Part shown: one piece after another, positions 17,676 to 27,883 of the stretch
Numbering within the stretch: position 1 is the stretch's first letter
Layout: the number at the start of each line of letters is the position of its first letter
Origin: Candidatus Omnitrophota bacterium
GTDB lineage: Bacteria; Omnitrophota; Gorgyraeia; JAHJTE01
DNA length: 64,000 bases
Assembly: GCA_018830005.1 (NCBI GenBank)
Contig: JAHJTE010000001.1
Location: 385,332-449,331, forward strand
Direction of reading: 5' to 3'
Notes under the pieces: generated by a model
Told to the model about the DNA's origin: nothing
Seen by the model: the letters and a program-made list of their open reading frames with translations, nothing else
The model's database searches: none
Program-made: the position numbers and the translations under genes

Positions 17676-20600
17676 GCACTCAATTTATCACAAATCAGGA
17701 TAGGCTTCTTTCAGATGTCGTAAATAATATCTTGCCTTCCTCAAAAAATCTATATTTTTTAATTGGATATTTCTATTTCTCTGGCTTTGAAGAAGTCTAC
17801 AAGAATGTCAAAGACAAAGAAATCAAGATATTAGTAGGTTTAGAGATAGAGCATGACATTACCAATAAAATCAGAGAATTTGAAATCATTCAAGAAGTGA
17901 ATACTTCAGGCGGTAAAATAAAAGATAGTTATTTTAAGTCTTTAGTTAAGCTATTTAATGATACAGATTTTTTCGATTCACATGTAAAACAAGAAGCCTT
18001 TAAGATATTTTTAGATAAAATTAAGGACGGCTCGTTAGAGATTAGAAAGACTCGTCAGCCTAATCACGCCAAGCTCTACATATTTGAAAATCAAGAGAAG
18101 TTTAGTCAAGGTGGAGATTATCCTGGTACAGTTATTACTGGATCTAGCAACTTTACTAGGTCTGGTTTCAAGGGGCGGTTTGAGATAAATGTTGTTTCAA
18201 GAGATGCTCGTAATTTCAGTGAAGCTTATAAGATTTTTCAAGATTTGTGGAAAAATTCTGTAGTGATAGTTGATAAAGAAAATATTGAAGATTTTTTCAG
18301 CAATGTAATAGATAATATTTGGTTAGATAGAATTCCTAGACCATTTTTAGTTTACGTGCGTGTATTAGAAGAATATTTTCTCGAATATAATAGGGATTTT
18401 GTAAGGTTGCCCGCTGAGATTACAAGGGGTAGATACATTAATCTCAAATATCAAATTGATGCAATAAAGCGCGCTTTGGATGTGCTGAAGAGGCACAACG
18501 GCGTAATTATTGCTGACGTAGTAGGCTTAGGCAAGAGTATTATTGCTTCTGCGGCTGCTCACAATCTGAATCTAAAAAGTATTGTTATTGTCCCTCCTCA
18601 CCTAAAAGCCCAATGGGATGACTATCGTTATGATTTTGAATTTAATGCCAAGGTTTACAGCTCTGGTAAAATAGAGCAAGCGTTAAAAGAAAATATTCAA
18701 GAGGAGGAGCAGCTCGTCATTGTTGATGAGGCCCATAAATATAGAAACGAATTAACTAGGGATTACGCAAGTTTACATAAATTATGTCAGCGTAATAAAG
18801 TAATGCTTCTATCAGCTACCCCGTTTAACAATCGGCCTCAGGACGTATTTTCAATGGTTAAATTATTTCAAATACCCACGAGATCGACTATTCAGACTGT
18901 AGATAATCTTTCGTTCCAATTTAAAAAACTTGTTTCGGAATTCCAAAAGATTAAACAAGATCAGCAAGGCAAAAAAGTAAGCAACAAGGTGATCGCCTCT
19001 CGCGTAAAAGAGGTAGCTAATGGGATCAGGGACATATTGTCGCCTTTGGTGATTAGACGGTCCAGATTAGATTTAGACGCCATAGAAGAATATAAAGAAG
19101 ATTTAAAGCGTCAAAAGATTCAATTTCCTAAAGTTAATCCACCTGAGATTCTTGATTATGAATTAGAGGATCTAAGTGATATTTATATAGATACTCTTGA
19201 TACTATATGCCCTGAAGATGAAAATGCAGGATTTATTGGAGCTAGGTACAAGCCGACCAGTTATATTAAGGATTTTGATAAATATAAGGATAGAATCGCA
19301 AAAGAAATGGGAGTTGATGAGAATTTATTACGTCAAACTCAAGTAAACTTAGCGAAGTTTATGAAGCGTTTATTGGTCCGTAGATTCGAGAGTTCAGTAT
19401 ATGCATTTCAGAAGACCCTTGATTCATTAATTCGTAATTCGGAACTTATGCGCGATTGGTATGATAAATTAGGTAAGATTCCAATATACAAAAAGGGTAA
19501 TCTACCAGATGTAGATATACTTCAGGAATCTGTCGGAGAAGATTTAGATGAAGAGTTAAGAGAAGCCACGCTTGAAGAGGAGTTAAAAGAACATATAGAA
19601 AAAGGCCTGTGGCTCATAGATAAAAAGGAGCTTAGAAAACAATTTATAGAGGATATTAATAGTGATATTAAGATGCTTAAAGAAGTTAGGGAGGAATGGT
19701 TTGAAGAAGGATTTCCGAAAGACCCTAAGCTCGAACACCTAAAAGAAATTTTACTAGAAAAGTTGAAATCAGAACCTGATAGAAAAATAGTTATTTTTAC
19801 TGAGTTTGCGGATACAGCTGGACATTTATACAAAAACCTTAAAGAAACTCTAAGGGTTTTTAAGTATTCTGCTCAAGACGCAAGTGAGAAAAACAAAAGG
19901 ATAATTAAAGAAAATTTTGATGCCGGCTACCGAGTTCAGGTAAATGATTATGATGTATTGATTGCTACTGATGCAATTTCAGAAGGGTTTAATCTGCACA
20001 GGGCAGGAATTGTTTTTAACTACGATATTCCTTATAATCCAACTAGGGTTATTCAAAGAGTAGGCCGCATAAATCGTATTAATAAAAAGGTATTTGATGA
20101 GCTGTTTATCTATAACTACTTTCCTACTGTAACTGGAGAGGAAGCAACAAGGATAAAACAAGTTTCTACTTTAAAGATCGCAATGGTACATGCACTTTTT
20201 GGAGAGGATACTAAAATACTTACTAAAGATGAGGAACTTCAAAGATACTTTGCTGATAAATTTGAGGAAACTTTAAGGAATGAAGAAGAGCTTTCACCAG
20301 AAGCTAAACATGAGAATTTCATCAAGAAATTACGTATTTCTGAACCACGCGTGATTGAAGAGGCTTTAAATTTACCACGGCGTTCTCGTGTTAAAAGAAC
20401 GGTTAAAAAGGATAAAAAAGGTGTAATTATCTTTGGCAAGAAAGGTGAAGAGCATGCTTTTAAATATGGAAATAAACAAGTTGAGTCAGTTTCTTTAAGT
20501 ATTCCTCAGGCTTTGGAATTATTCAAAGCAAAGGCTGAAGAGAAAGGCGAGAAAACTGGTAAATCTTTCGATGAAATTTATGAAAATGTTAGAATAAAAC

Positions 20601-20914
20601 TATTTTCTAAAAGAACTGAAGTCGCTAAAGATAGAGGAAAAAGAGATACTATTGATAAAGTGAATGTTTTGAAAAACAAGCTTCCTAAGGTAAAAGATTA
20701 TTTAGAAGATTTGTTGTATGTTGTGAATGATTTGGATGCTTTGCCGGATAGATATGAGAAATTAATAAGGGCAGTTGATTCAAAAAGCTTAGAGGAAGAT
20801 TTTAAGATTTTACAGAAAGAAGTGCCTCATAAATATCTTATCCAAATTATTGATAGAGAGCAGCGTATTGAAGAAGGCAAAGAGACCTTAATTTTATCAG
20901 AGGAATTAATTTAA
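17672..20914 (+). CDS. PLD-nuclease + SF2 (SNF2-like) helicase
   Basis: HAKLY...GSSNFT PLD motif; ADVVGLGKS, DEAH, SATP, EGFNL, QRVGRINR. Confidence 0.9.
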   Translation: MSTQFITNQDRLLSDVVNNILPSSKNLYFLIGYFYFSGFEEVYKNVKDKEIKILVGLEIEHDITNKIREFEIIQEVNTSGGKIKDSYFKSLVKLFNDTDFFDSHVKQEAFKIFLDKIKDGSLEIRKTRQPNHAKLYIFENQEKFSQGGDYPGTVITGSSNFTRSGFKGRFEINVVSRDARNFSEAYKIFQDLWKNSVVIVDKENIEDFFSNVIDNIWLDRIPRPFLVYVRVLEEYFLEYNRDFVRLPAEITRGRYINLKYQIDAIKRALDVLKRHNGVIIADVVGLGKSIIASAAAHNLNLKSIVIVPPHLKAQWDDYRYDFEFNAKVYSSGKIEQALKENIQEEEQLVIVDEAHKYRNELTRDYASLHKLCQRNKVMLLSATPFNNRPQDVFSMVKLFQIPTRSTIQTVDNLSFQFKKLVSEFQKIKQDQQGKKVSNKVIASRVKEVANGIRDILSPLVIRRSRLDLDAIEEYKEDLKRQKIQFPKVNPPEILDYELEDLSDIYIDTLDTICPEDENAGFIGARYKPTSYIKDFDKYKDRIAKEMGVDENLLRQTQVNLAKFMKRLLVRRFESSVYAFQKTLDSLIRNSELMRDWYDKLGKIPIYKKGNLPDVDILQESVGEDLDEELREATLEEELKEHIEKGLWLIDKKELRKQFIEDINSDIKMLKEVREEWFEEGFPKDPKLEHLKEILLEKLKSEPDRKIVIFTEFADTAGHLYKNLKETLRVFKYSAQDASEKNKRIIKENFDAGYRVQVNDYDVLIATDAISEGFNLHRAGIVFNYDIPYNPTRVIQRVGRINRINKKVFDELFIYNYFPTVTGEEATRIKQVSTLKIAMVHALFGEDTKILTKDEELQRYFADKFEETLRNEEELSPEAKHENFIKKLRISEPRVIEEALNLPRRSRVKRTVKKDKKGVIIFGKKGEEHAFKYGNKQVESVSLSIPQALELFKAKAEEKGEKTGKSFDEIYENVRIKLFSKRTEVAKDRGKRDTIDKVNVLKNKLPKVKDYLEDLLYVVNDLDALPDRYEKLIRAVDSKSLEEDFKILQKEVPHKYLIQIIDREQRIEEGKETLILSEELI

Positions 20915-20918
20915 TTTT

Positions 20919-23900
20919 ATGGATTTTAAAGTTACTTATGAACGAGAGAAATATCTAGATTTTTTCCAAAATCAATTCCTGCCTGAAGATTTTGAAAGTT
21001 GCGATGAGAGTATCGAATCTCAATTTAAACCCCAGCATATAAGCAAAGTCACCAAGATTGGTCAAGTTCCATCCCTCGATTTAAATATATACGAAATTAA
21101 GCATCATTCTGAGAATGATCCTCGCGTTTCACTTTCAAGAGATTCCTTTCGCATACTGGCACAATACGGGGTAAGAAGAGCACTAGCAATCTTTACGTCT
21201 TCAAGTTCATCTAATTATCGTTTATCTCTTATTACTATTGATTTAAAATTGGAAGGTAGGCGAGTTCAAAAGGAATATTCTAATCCCCGCCGATACTCTT
21301 TCTTTTTAGGTCCTGATACAAAAACACACACTCCAGAAGAGTATCTTATGAAACAGGGTCGAATAAAAAATTTTGAAGATTTAAAGAACCGTTTCTCAAT
21401 CGAGGTAGTAAATAAAGATTTCTACATGAAAATCGCGATTCTTTTTACTCAACTGGCTGGCGGTAAGCGCAAAATTGGACGTAAATCAATTGACGCTGGT
21501 AGAGGCCTATTGGACTTGCCTGGAACTAGTGATGATACTTTAGACAAAGAGTTTACTGTGAGGCTTATTGGTAGACTTGTTTTTTGCTGGTTTTTAAAGA
21601 GAAAACAGTCAGATAGGAATATTTCCCTTTTACCCGAAGAACTTCTTTCAGTAAATGCAGTTTTGAAAAATAAAGGCTATTACCATGGTATCCTGGAACC
21701 TTTATTTTTTGAAGTGCTTAATACTCCGGCAAAAGATCGCGATAAGAAATATCAAGAATCGACATGGTCACAAATTCCCTTCTTAAACGGTGGTCTTTTT
21801 ACACCGCATCATCATGATTTTTATGATCCGGGGCTTCTAGGGATTTCAAAGTATATAAACGTCCTCAAAATTCCTGACCATTGGATAAAAGAGTTATTTG
21901 ATGTTTTTGAAACTTATAACTTTACTATAGACGAAAATACTTCTGTTGATGTGGAGCTTTCCATTGAACCTGAAATGCTCGGACGTATCTTTGAAAATTT
22001 GCTTGCAGAGATTAATCCGGAAACCGGTGAGACAGCACGTAAGGCAACCGGCAGTTATTATACTCCACGACCCATTGTTGAATATATGGTGAGCGAGAGT
22101 TTAAAACAGTATCTTTTAACTAAGACAAAGCTTGAAGAAAATAAAATCACGCGTTTGCTTACCTATGAGGACGTTGAATTGAAGCTTACCAGCTCAGAGA
22201 AAGAATCTATCCTTAATGCTCTTGATGTTATTAAAATCATTGATCCTGCTTGCGGTAGTGGCGCTTTTCCAATGGGGATATTACAGAAGATGCTTGTTAT
22301 TCTCCAAAAGATTGATCCAGAATCTGAATGGTGGCTCGATAAAATGCTTTCGCGTATCGGCAACAAAACTTTAGAGAGAAAATTAAAAGTAGAAAATGTT
22401 AGCTATATTCATAAGTTAGGCATAATTCAAAACGCTATTTTTGGTGTAGATATCCAACCGATAGCTGTAGAGATTTCGAAGTTGAGGTTTTTCTTGTCGC
22501 TTATTGTAGACGAAACAGTAAATGATTCAAAGAAAAACCGTGGCATAGAGCCATTGCCTAATCTTGAGTTTAAATTTGTTTGCACTAATAGCTTGATAGG
22601 GCTTCCTAAAAAAGGTACCCAGCAGACACTTTTCGAAGCTGATGAAGATATTAAATCATTAAGGGATCTTAGAGACGGATATTTAAGAAGCTATGGCAGC
22701 GAGAAGAGGAAAGTAGAGAAAAGATTCCTTGAGCTACAAAGAAAAATGGCAAAGCATGCTTTAGGTTGGGCTCTTTTTGGGGGGGAAAAATCACAGACAA
22801 TGAAGCTATCACAGTGGAATCCATTCTCAGAAGAACCTTGCTCATGGTTTGATCCAGATTGGATGTTTGGGATAAAGGATGGATTTGATATTGTGATTGC
22901 CAATCCCCCATACATTAAAGAGTATGTTAACAGAAATGCATTCAAGGGATTTAGAAGCTCGCTTTATTATCAAGGCAAAATGGATATTTGGTATATGTTT
23001 GTTTGTAAGAGTTTAGACATAACAAGAGACGGCACAGGTTTAGTTACTTTTATCGCACAAAATAATTGGGTCACTAGTTATGGCGCCTCAAAGATGAGGA
23101 ATAAAGTTATAAAAGATGCTCAAATTTTGAACTTGATTGATTTTGGTGCTTTTAAGATATTCGAGTCTGGCATACAAACTATGGTTATGGTGTTTAGGAA
23201 AAATACTGATTTGGATAGTTACTCATTTGATTACAGGCGACTTCTTGGGAATGATCTTGAATTCGATGATGCTATTTTTCTTATTAATAAGGAAGATAAT
23301 CCTAAGTCAGAATACTTAACTCCTACGATTACAAGGATCAATTTTATAGATAAAACATTAACATTCAGCAGTTCTGATATTGAACCGATACTTGAAAAAT
23401 TATCATTAAAAGCAAATTTTCGATTTAACGATAAGGAAGTTGCAAACGGCATACACCATCATCACGATCGCGTGAATAAAAACCGCGAGGAAATTTTAGG
23501 TGGTCAATATAAGGTTGGGGATGGAATTTTCGTTCTAAGCAACGAAGAAAAGGAGCGAATTTCATTCACAAAAAAAGAGTTAGGCTTAATAAAGCCTTCC
23601 TATACCACAAAAGAATTGCTACGATGGTATGGAAATTCTACAAATAAAGAATGGGTTATCTACACGGATTCGAGTTTTAAAAATAAGAAACAAATTGAGA
23701 ATTATTTGAATATTAAAAGACATCTTGATCGTTTTAGGAAAGTTATTACTTCAGACAATAAGCCCTACGGTCTTCATAGAGCTCGAGATGAATATTTTTT
23801 TAGAGGAGAGAAAATTATAGCTGCAAGGAAATGTGCAAGGCCGACTTTCACCTATGTCGATTTTGATAGTTATGTTTCTGCAACATTTTATGTGATCAAA

Positions 23901-24239
23901 ACTGAAAGAGTTGACCAGCAATTTCTAACAGGTCTTTTAAATTCTAAACTGATTACTTTCTGGCTAAGACACAGAGGAAAAATGCAAGGCACTAATTATC
24001 AGATTGACAAGGAACCTATTATTAATCTCCCCATTTTGAAAGCCGATAAAAACGGTCAAAATGCAATCCGAAATATTGTTGCCAAAATCATCGATATTTT
24101 AAAATCAAAAGGCAGCAATGAGAAACAAGCCAAAGTCAAAGAATACGAACGCCAAATCGACCAGATGGTTTATAAGCTTTATGGTTTAACATCAGAAGAA
24201 ATGAAAATTGTAGAAGGACAATATGATAAAAAGAATTAA
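20919..24239 (+). CDS. Type IIG-like N6-adenine DNA methyltransferase with TaqI_C-like specificity domain
   Basis: PFLNGGLF, GSYYTP, DPACGSGAF, IANPPY, C-terminal IDQMVYKLYGL. Confidence 0.9.
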   Translation: MDFKVTYEREKYLDFFQNQFLPEDFESCDESIESQFKPQHISKVTKIGQVPSLDLNIYEIKHHSENDPRVSLSRDSFRILAQYGVRRALAIFTSSSSSNYRLSLITIDLKLEGRRVQKEYSNPRRYSFFLGPDTKTHTPEEYLMKQGRIKNFEDLKNRFSIEVVNKDFYMKIAILFTQLAGGKRKIGRKSIDAGRGLLDLPGTSDDTLDKEFTVRLIGRLVFCWFLKRKQSDRNISLLPEELLSVNAVLKNKGYYHGILEPLFFEVLNTPAKDRDKKYQESTWSQIPFLNGGLFTPHHHDFYDPGLLGISKYINVLKIPDHWIKELFDVFETYNFTIDENTSVDVELSIEPEMLGRIFENLLAEINPETGETARKATGSYYTPRPIVEYMVSESLKQYLLTKTKLEENKITRLLTYEDVELKLTSSEKESILNALDVIKIIDPACGSGAFPMGILQKMLVILQKIDPESEWWLDKMLSRIGNKTLERKLKVENVSYIHKLGIIQNAIFGVDIQPIAVEISKLRFFLSLIVDETVNDSKKNRGIEPLPNLEFKFVCTNSLIGLPKKGTQQTLFEADEDIKSLRDLRDGYLRSYGSEKRKVEKRFLELQRKMAKHALGWALFGGEKSQTMKLSQWNPFSEEPCSWFDPDWMFGIKDGFDIVIANPPYIKEYVNRNAFKGFRSSLYYQGKMDIWYMFVCKSLDITRDGTGLVTFIAQNNWVTSYGASKMRNKVIKDAQILNLIDFGAFKIFESGIQTMVMVFRKNTDLDSYSFDYRRLLGNDLEFDDAIFLINKEDNPKSEYLTPTITRINFIDKTLTFSSSDIEPILEKLSLKANFRFNDKEVANGIHHHHDRVNKNREEILGGQYKVGDGIFVLSNEEKERISFTKKELGLIKPSYTTKELLRWYGNSTNKEWVIYTDSSFKNKKQIENYLNIKRHLDRFRKVITSDNKPYGLHRARDEYFFRGEKIIAARKCARPTFTYVDFDSYVSATFYVIKTERVDQQFLTGLLNSKLITFWLRHRGKMQGTNYQIDKEPIINLPILKADKNGQNAIRNIVAKIIDILKSKGSNEKQAKVKEYERQIDQMVYKLYGLTSEEMKIVEGQYDKKN

Positions 24240-26631
24240 AAAAATTAAAGGGGTTGGAAGATTTTTGAATGTCGGGCATACCGAGCTTGGCCGGCTGACC
24301 TTAATTTACGGCCCTAATTGTTACGGAAAATCAACCCTCGCCGACATTTTTCGTTCCATAGCGAATCAAAATCCGGAAGTTTTATTAAATAGACAATCAA
24401 TAATAAGGGACGGCAACCCAATTACCCAAGAGGTGTGTTTTAGTATCAAAAATGGTACAGATAAAACGGAACAAGATATTTCTTGTCTTAACCAAAGATG
24501 GAATACGAGCAATTTTAATTGCTCAATAGAAGTTTTTGACTCTCGCTTTATCGAGGACAATGTTTTTACAGGATTAACAATCTCAAGGTCTAATAAAGAA
24601 AATCTGACAAATTTACTAATAGGCGAGAAAAGTGTCGAGATTGGCAAACAAATAGATTCTTTAAAGAATAAATCACTCCGCGAAACGACAAAAACTATCG
24701 GCGAACTTGGAGATTTACTCAAAAGAAGTTTGGGAACTTTAGATTTAGGAATAAGCCTTGAAGACTTTATATCAGTCGAGAAGCCGGATGATATTGAAGC
24801 AACTAAAGCTGAATTAACTATGCTCCAGGGGAATCTGAAGAAATTTAGAAAATCAATTTCGGAAAAGAATAAAATTCTTGAACTCGATGAGCCGATAATA
24901 CTTTCTCTTGAAAATCCCGAACCGACAATCAAAATTCTAAAAGATTCGCTGGGAAAAGGCTTTGATGATATAAATGATACTGCATATAAGCGGATGCGAG
25001 AACATATAGAACAACACTTTAATTCCCATGATGGCGAAGAAGAAGAATGGATTGAAAAAGGAGTAAATGCCTATCTTAAACAAAATAAAGATGCAACCAT
25101 CTTAAATTGCCCGTTTTGTAGTCAATCTTTGGTTACAGTTGTTGATCTCATTGAGACATACAAAACAGTATTCAGCGAAGAATATGGAAGCTTTTGTAAT
25201 GAAGCTTTCAGAATACTGAATGATAAACATCAAGAATTCAATAAGCTTATTAGCGCTGTTAAATTAGTAGAAAATTCAGTAAATAAAAATTTGGCAAGTT
25301 GCCACCGCTGGCAGGATTACTTTACAGACGAGACTCAAAAACTCATTGAACAAATAGATAATCTTAGCAACAAAGCGAATAAATCCAATTGCAATCTTGT
25401 AGGCTTGATGGAAGAAGTTATTGGTAAATTTGGAGAACTTATCGCTGAAAAAAAGAAGAAACCTTTTGTTTGTATCAAGGAATACCCCGCCAGCGATAAA
25501 TTACTAATCGTTTATCAGCAGTTTGGAGAAATAATAAATCAATACAATGAATCTGTAAAATTACTTCTTAGGGAAATAAATACCCTTAAAACAAGGAGTC
25601 AGAACGACCAATTAATAAAGGAATCAGAGAAGTTGGGCAATAAGATAATAGATTTGAATATAAAAGTAAAAAGATACGAATTATCGGCCGATATAGATAA
25701 GGTACAACTCTTAAGAGGAAAGAAAGATAAAACAGAAAAGGAAATTAAAAAATTGCAGGAAGAACTAGAACGAGAAAATAAAGAATTTATTGAGCAATAC
25801 TTCCAGGATGCAACACAAATTTTTAATAGATTAGGCTCTATTGATTTTGAAATTCAAACAACTTATCGACGTTGGGGAGGTCAGCCGGTATATGAACCGA
25901 CAATAAAATTTGCAAATGAGGAAATTACTTTTGATCGGTTACCATTTATATTTAGTGATGCAGACAGGAGGGCTTTGGCATTTTCAATTTTCATTTCAAA
26001 ACTCAGAAAGAAAAGCGAGGCTGAATTAAAAAACACCATTGTTTTCTTAGACGACCCAATAACTAGCTTTGACGACAATAGGATTTCACAGACCTTTATA
26101 GAGATCAAGAATCTTACGACGTCTTCCCGCCAATTGATTATAGCTGCGCACCACAGCAGATTTTTACTTGATACTTACGAGAAACTGAGAAGTCTTCCGA
26201 ATTTGGATTTAAAATTTATTGAAATCAAAAGAGATGGTTTTGGTACTGTCTTCGGGTTGGTTAGTGATCCTAAAACTAGATTAGATCCCCATGCTCAAGA
26301 AATAGAGAAGATGGAAAGATTTATTAACGGCGATTCTGATGTAAACGCGTCGGACGTGCGCAGATCATTAAGACCGATACTACAAAAAGAGCTAGAGTGG
26401 AGGTTCAGAAAAAATTTAAAAGGAGTATCTGTTGAGGGGCTTGGCGATATTGTTACCAAACTAAAAGAAGGAAATTCAATAAATGAAGAGATGGCAAGAA
26501 AGATTTATGACTTTAATGACGTACTTAAAGACGACCATCATGGAGCAGTTTTAGATATGGACGAAGATACAAGGAATTTATCTAAAAACATCATTAAATT
26601 TATCTTTGAAGAACTAAACCCGGTAGTGTAG
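24223..26631 (+). CDS. AAA_13/RloC-like ABC ATPase with zinc hook
   Basis: GPNCYGKS, CPFC hook, FSDADRR signature, FLDDPITSFD; C-terminal HEPN-like region. Confidence 0.75.
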   Translation: MIKRIKKIKGVGRFLNVGHTELGRLTLIYGPNCYGKSTLADIFRSIANQNPEVLLNRQSIIRDGNPITQEVCFSIKNGTDKTEQDISCLNQRWNTSNFNCSIEVFDSRFIEDNVFTGLTISRSNKENLTNLLIGEKSVEIGKQIDSLKNKSLRETTKTIGELGDLLKRSLGTLDLGISLEDFISVEKPDDIEATKAELTMLQGNLKKFRKSISEKNKILELDEPIILSLENPEPTIKILKDSLGKGFDDINDTAYKRMREHIEQHFNSHDGEEEEWIEKGVNAYLKQNKDATILNCPFCSQSLVTVVDLIETYKTVFSEEYGSFCNEAFRILNDKHQEFNKLISAVKLVENSVNKNLASCHRWQDYFTDETQKLIEQIDNLSNKANKSNCNLVGLMEEVIGKFGELIAEKKKKPFVCIKEYPASDKLLIVYQQFGEIINQYNESVKLLLREINTLKTRSQNDQLIKESEKLGNKIIDLNIKVKRYELSADIDKVQLLRGKKDKTEKEIKKLQEELERENKEFIEQYFQDATQIFNRLGSIDFEIQTTYRRWGGQPVYEPTIKFANEEITFDRLPFIFSDADRRALAFSIFISKLRKKSEAELKNTIVFLDDPITSFDDNRISQTFIEIKNLTTSSRQLIIAAHHSRFLLDTYEKLRSLPNLDLKFIEIKRDGFGTVFGLVSDPKTRLDPHAQEIEKMERFINGDSDVNASDVRRSLRPILQKELEWRFRKNLKGVSVEGLGDIVTKLKEGNSINEEMARKIYDFNDVLKDDHHGAVLDMDEDTRNLSKNIIKFIFEELNPVV

Positions 26632-26727
26632 TAGTGAGTCCGGGGAAATTCCGGTGACACATACCTAATTTATTTAAGCCTGGTCGCGATTATATAGCCG
26701 GCAGATAAGTGAGGAGATATTAAATAA

Positions 26728-27411
26728 ATGATTAAGCTATCACGTTCAAAGTTAGAGTTATTTCTCGACTGCCCACGTTGCTTCTGGTTGAATATCAATA
26801 AGAAAATAAAGCGCCCACCATCATTTCCTTATACAATAAACTCTGCTATAGATGCTCTTTTAAAGCAAGAATTTGATGTCCATCGTGAAAACGGTACTGC
26901 CCATTACCTTATAAAGAAATATAATATAGACGCCATCCCTTATAAATGTAAAGAAATCAATGCCTGGCGACATAACTTCACTGGCATTCAGTTTCAGCAT
27001 AAGCCAACAGATTTCTTGGTTTTTGGCGCAGTTGATGATGTCTGGATAAATTCTCAAGAAGAATTAATAGTGGTTGATTATAAAGCCACTGGTGCAAAAG
27101 AATACAAAATTTATGACAGCTACAAGCGACAGTTGGAAATTTACCAATGGTTGCTTCAGCAGAACGGCTACAAAGTTTCAAAGACAGGTTATTTTCTCTT
27201 TGCCAAGGTAAATAAGGATGGCGGCTTTAAAGAAGGTAAGCTTTCTTTTGATTTATTTATCGAGCCACAGGAAGGTGATCGCTCTTGGGTAGAAAGCGCA
27301 ATTATTAATGCCCGTAAGGCCATAGATAATGATATACCGGTAGCAAGCGAAAACTGCATTTATTGTCAATTTATCAAAAACGGAGGATATTTATGTCTAA
27401 AGGAAAAGTAA
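26728..27411 (+). CDS. PD-(D/E)XK nuclease (AddB/Cas4-like with Cys cluster)
   Basis: LSRSKL...CPRCF, GAVDD..VVDYK, QLEIY, CIYC. Confidence 0.85.
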   Translation: MIKLSRSKLELFLDCPRCFWLNINKKIKRPPSFPYTINSAIDALLKQEFDVHRENGTAHYLIKKYNIDAIPYKCKEINAWRHNFTGIQFQHKPTDFLVFGAVDDVWINSQEELIVVDYKATGAKEYKIYDSYKRQLEIYQWLLQQNGYKVSKTGYFLFAKVNKDGGFKEGKLSFDLFIEPQEGDRSWVESAIINARKAIDNDIPVASENCIYCQFIKNGGYLCLKEK

Positions 27412-27668
27412 CAAAGGTTTCTGATGGGGATACTTTTAAAATTAGGGGAGGAAAAGCAATCCGCCTTGCAAATGTAAAAGCGCCTGAAATGGGAGCCAAG
27501 GGTGGCGCAAAGGCAAGAAATGAACTACAGGATATGATTGGAAACAAGACTATTAGTTATGATACAGTTGGAAAATCATATGGTAGAGATGTCGCAAAAG
27601 TTAAAATAGCTGGTAAGTCAGTAAACCAGGCGATGAGAAACAAAGGATATACAAACAGAGGCAAGTAG
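27393..27668 (+). CDS. Thermonuclease (SNase) family
   Basis: VSDGDT, IRL..V.APE, YGR; RBS GGAGG before ATG 27393. Confidence 0.85.
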   Translation: MSKGKVTKVSDGDTFKIRGGKAIRLANVKAPEMGAKGGAKARNELQDMIGNKTISYDTVGKSYGRDVAKVKIAGKSVNQAMRNKGYTNRGK

Positions 27669-27883
27669 ATTTTCCTTGATTCTTCTATGATTTTAGTATA
27701 TAATTTTTATAGATAGCAAAAATAGATTGCTGAAAATATAGGTCTTAATAGGCCTGGAACCAAAAGCGCTAAAAAGCGCGTAACTTATGGAGCCAGGTCT
27801 TTTGTATTTTAAGGGGAGTACAAAAGGGAATCCTCCGGAAAATTGTTAAATAACAATTTCCCCTACCAAAAAGGAGGATTCCT

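Noticed and set aside
17672-24239. DISARM or BREX system
   Set aside because: No DrmB/DUF1998, PglZ or BrxC recognisable
26728-27411. cas4 of a CRISPR locus
   Set aside because: No cas1/cas2 or array nearby; stand-alone PD-(D/E)XK nuclease
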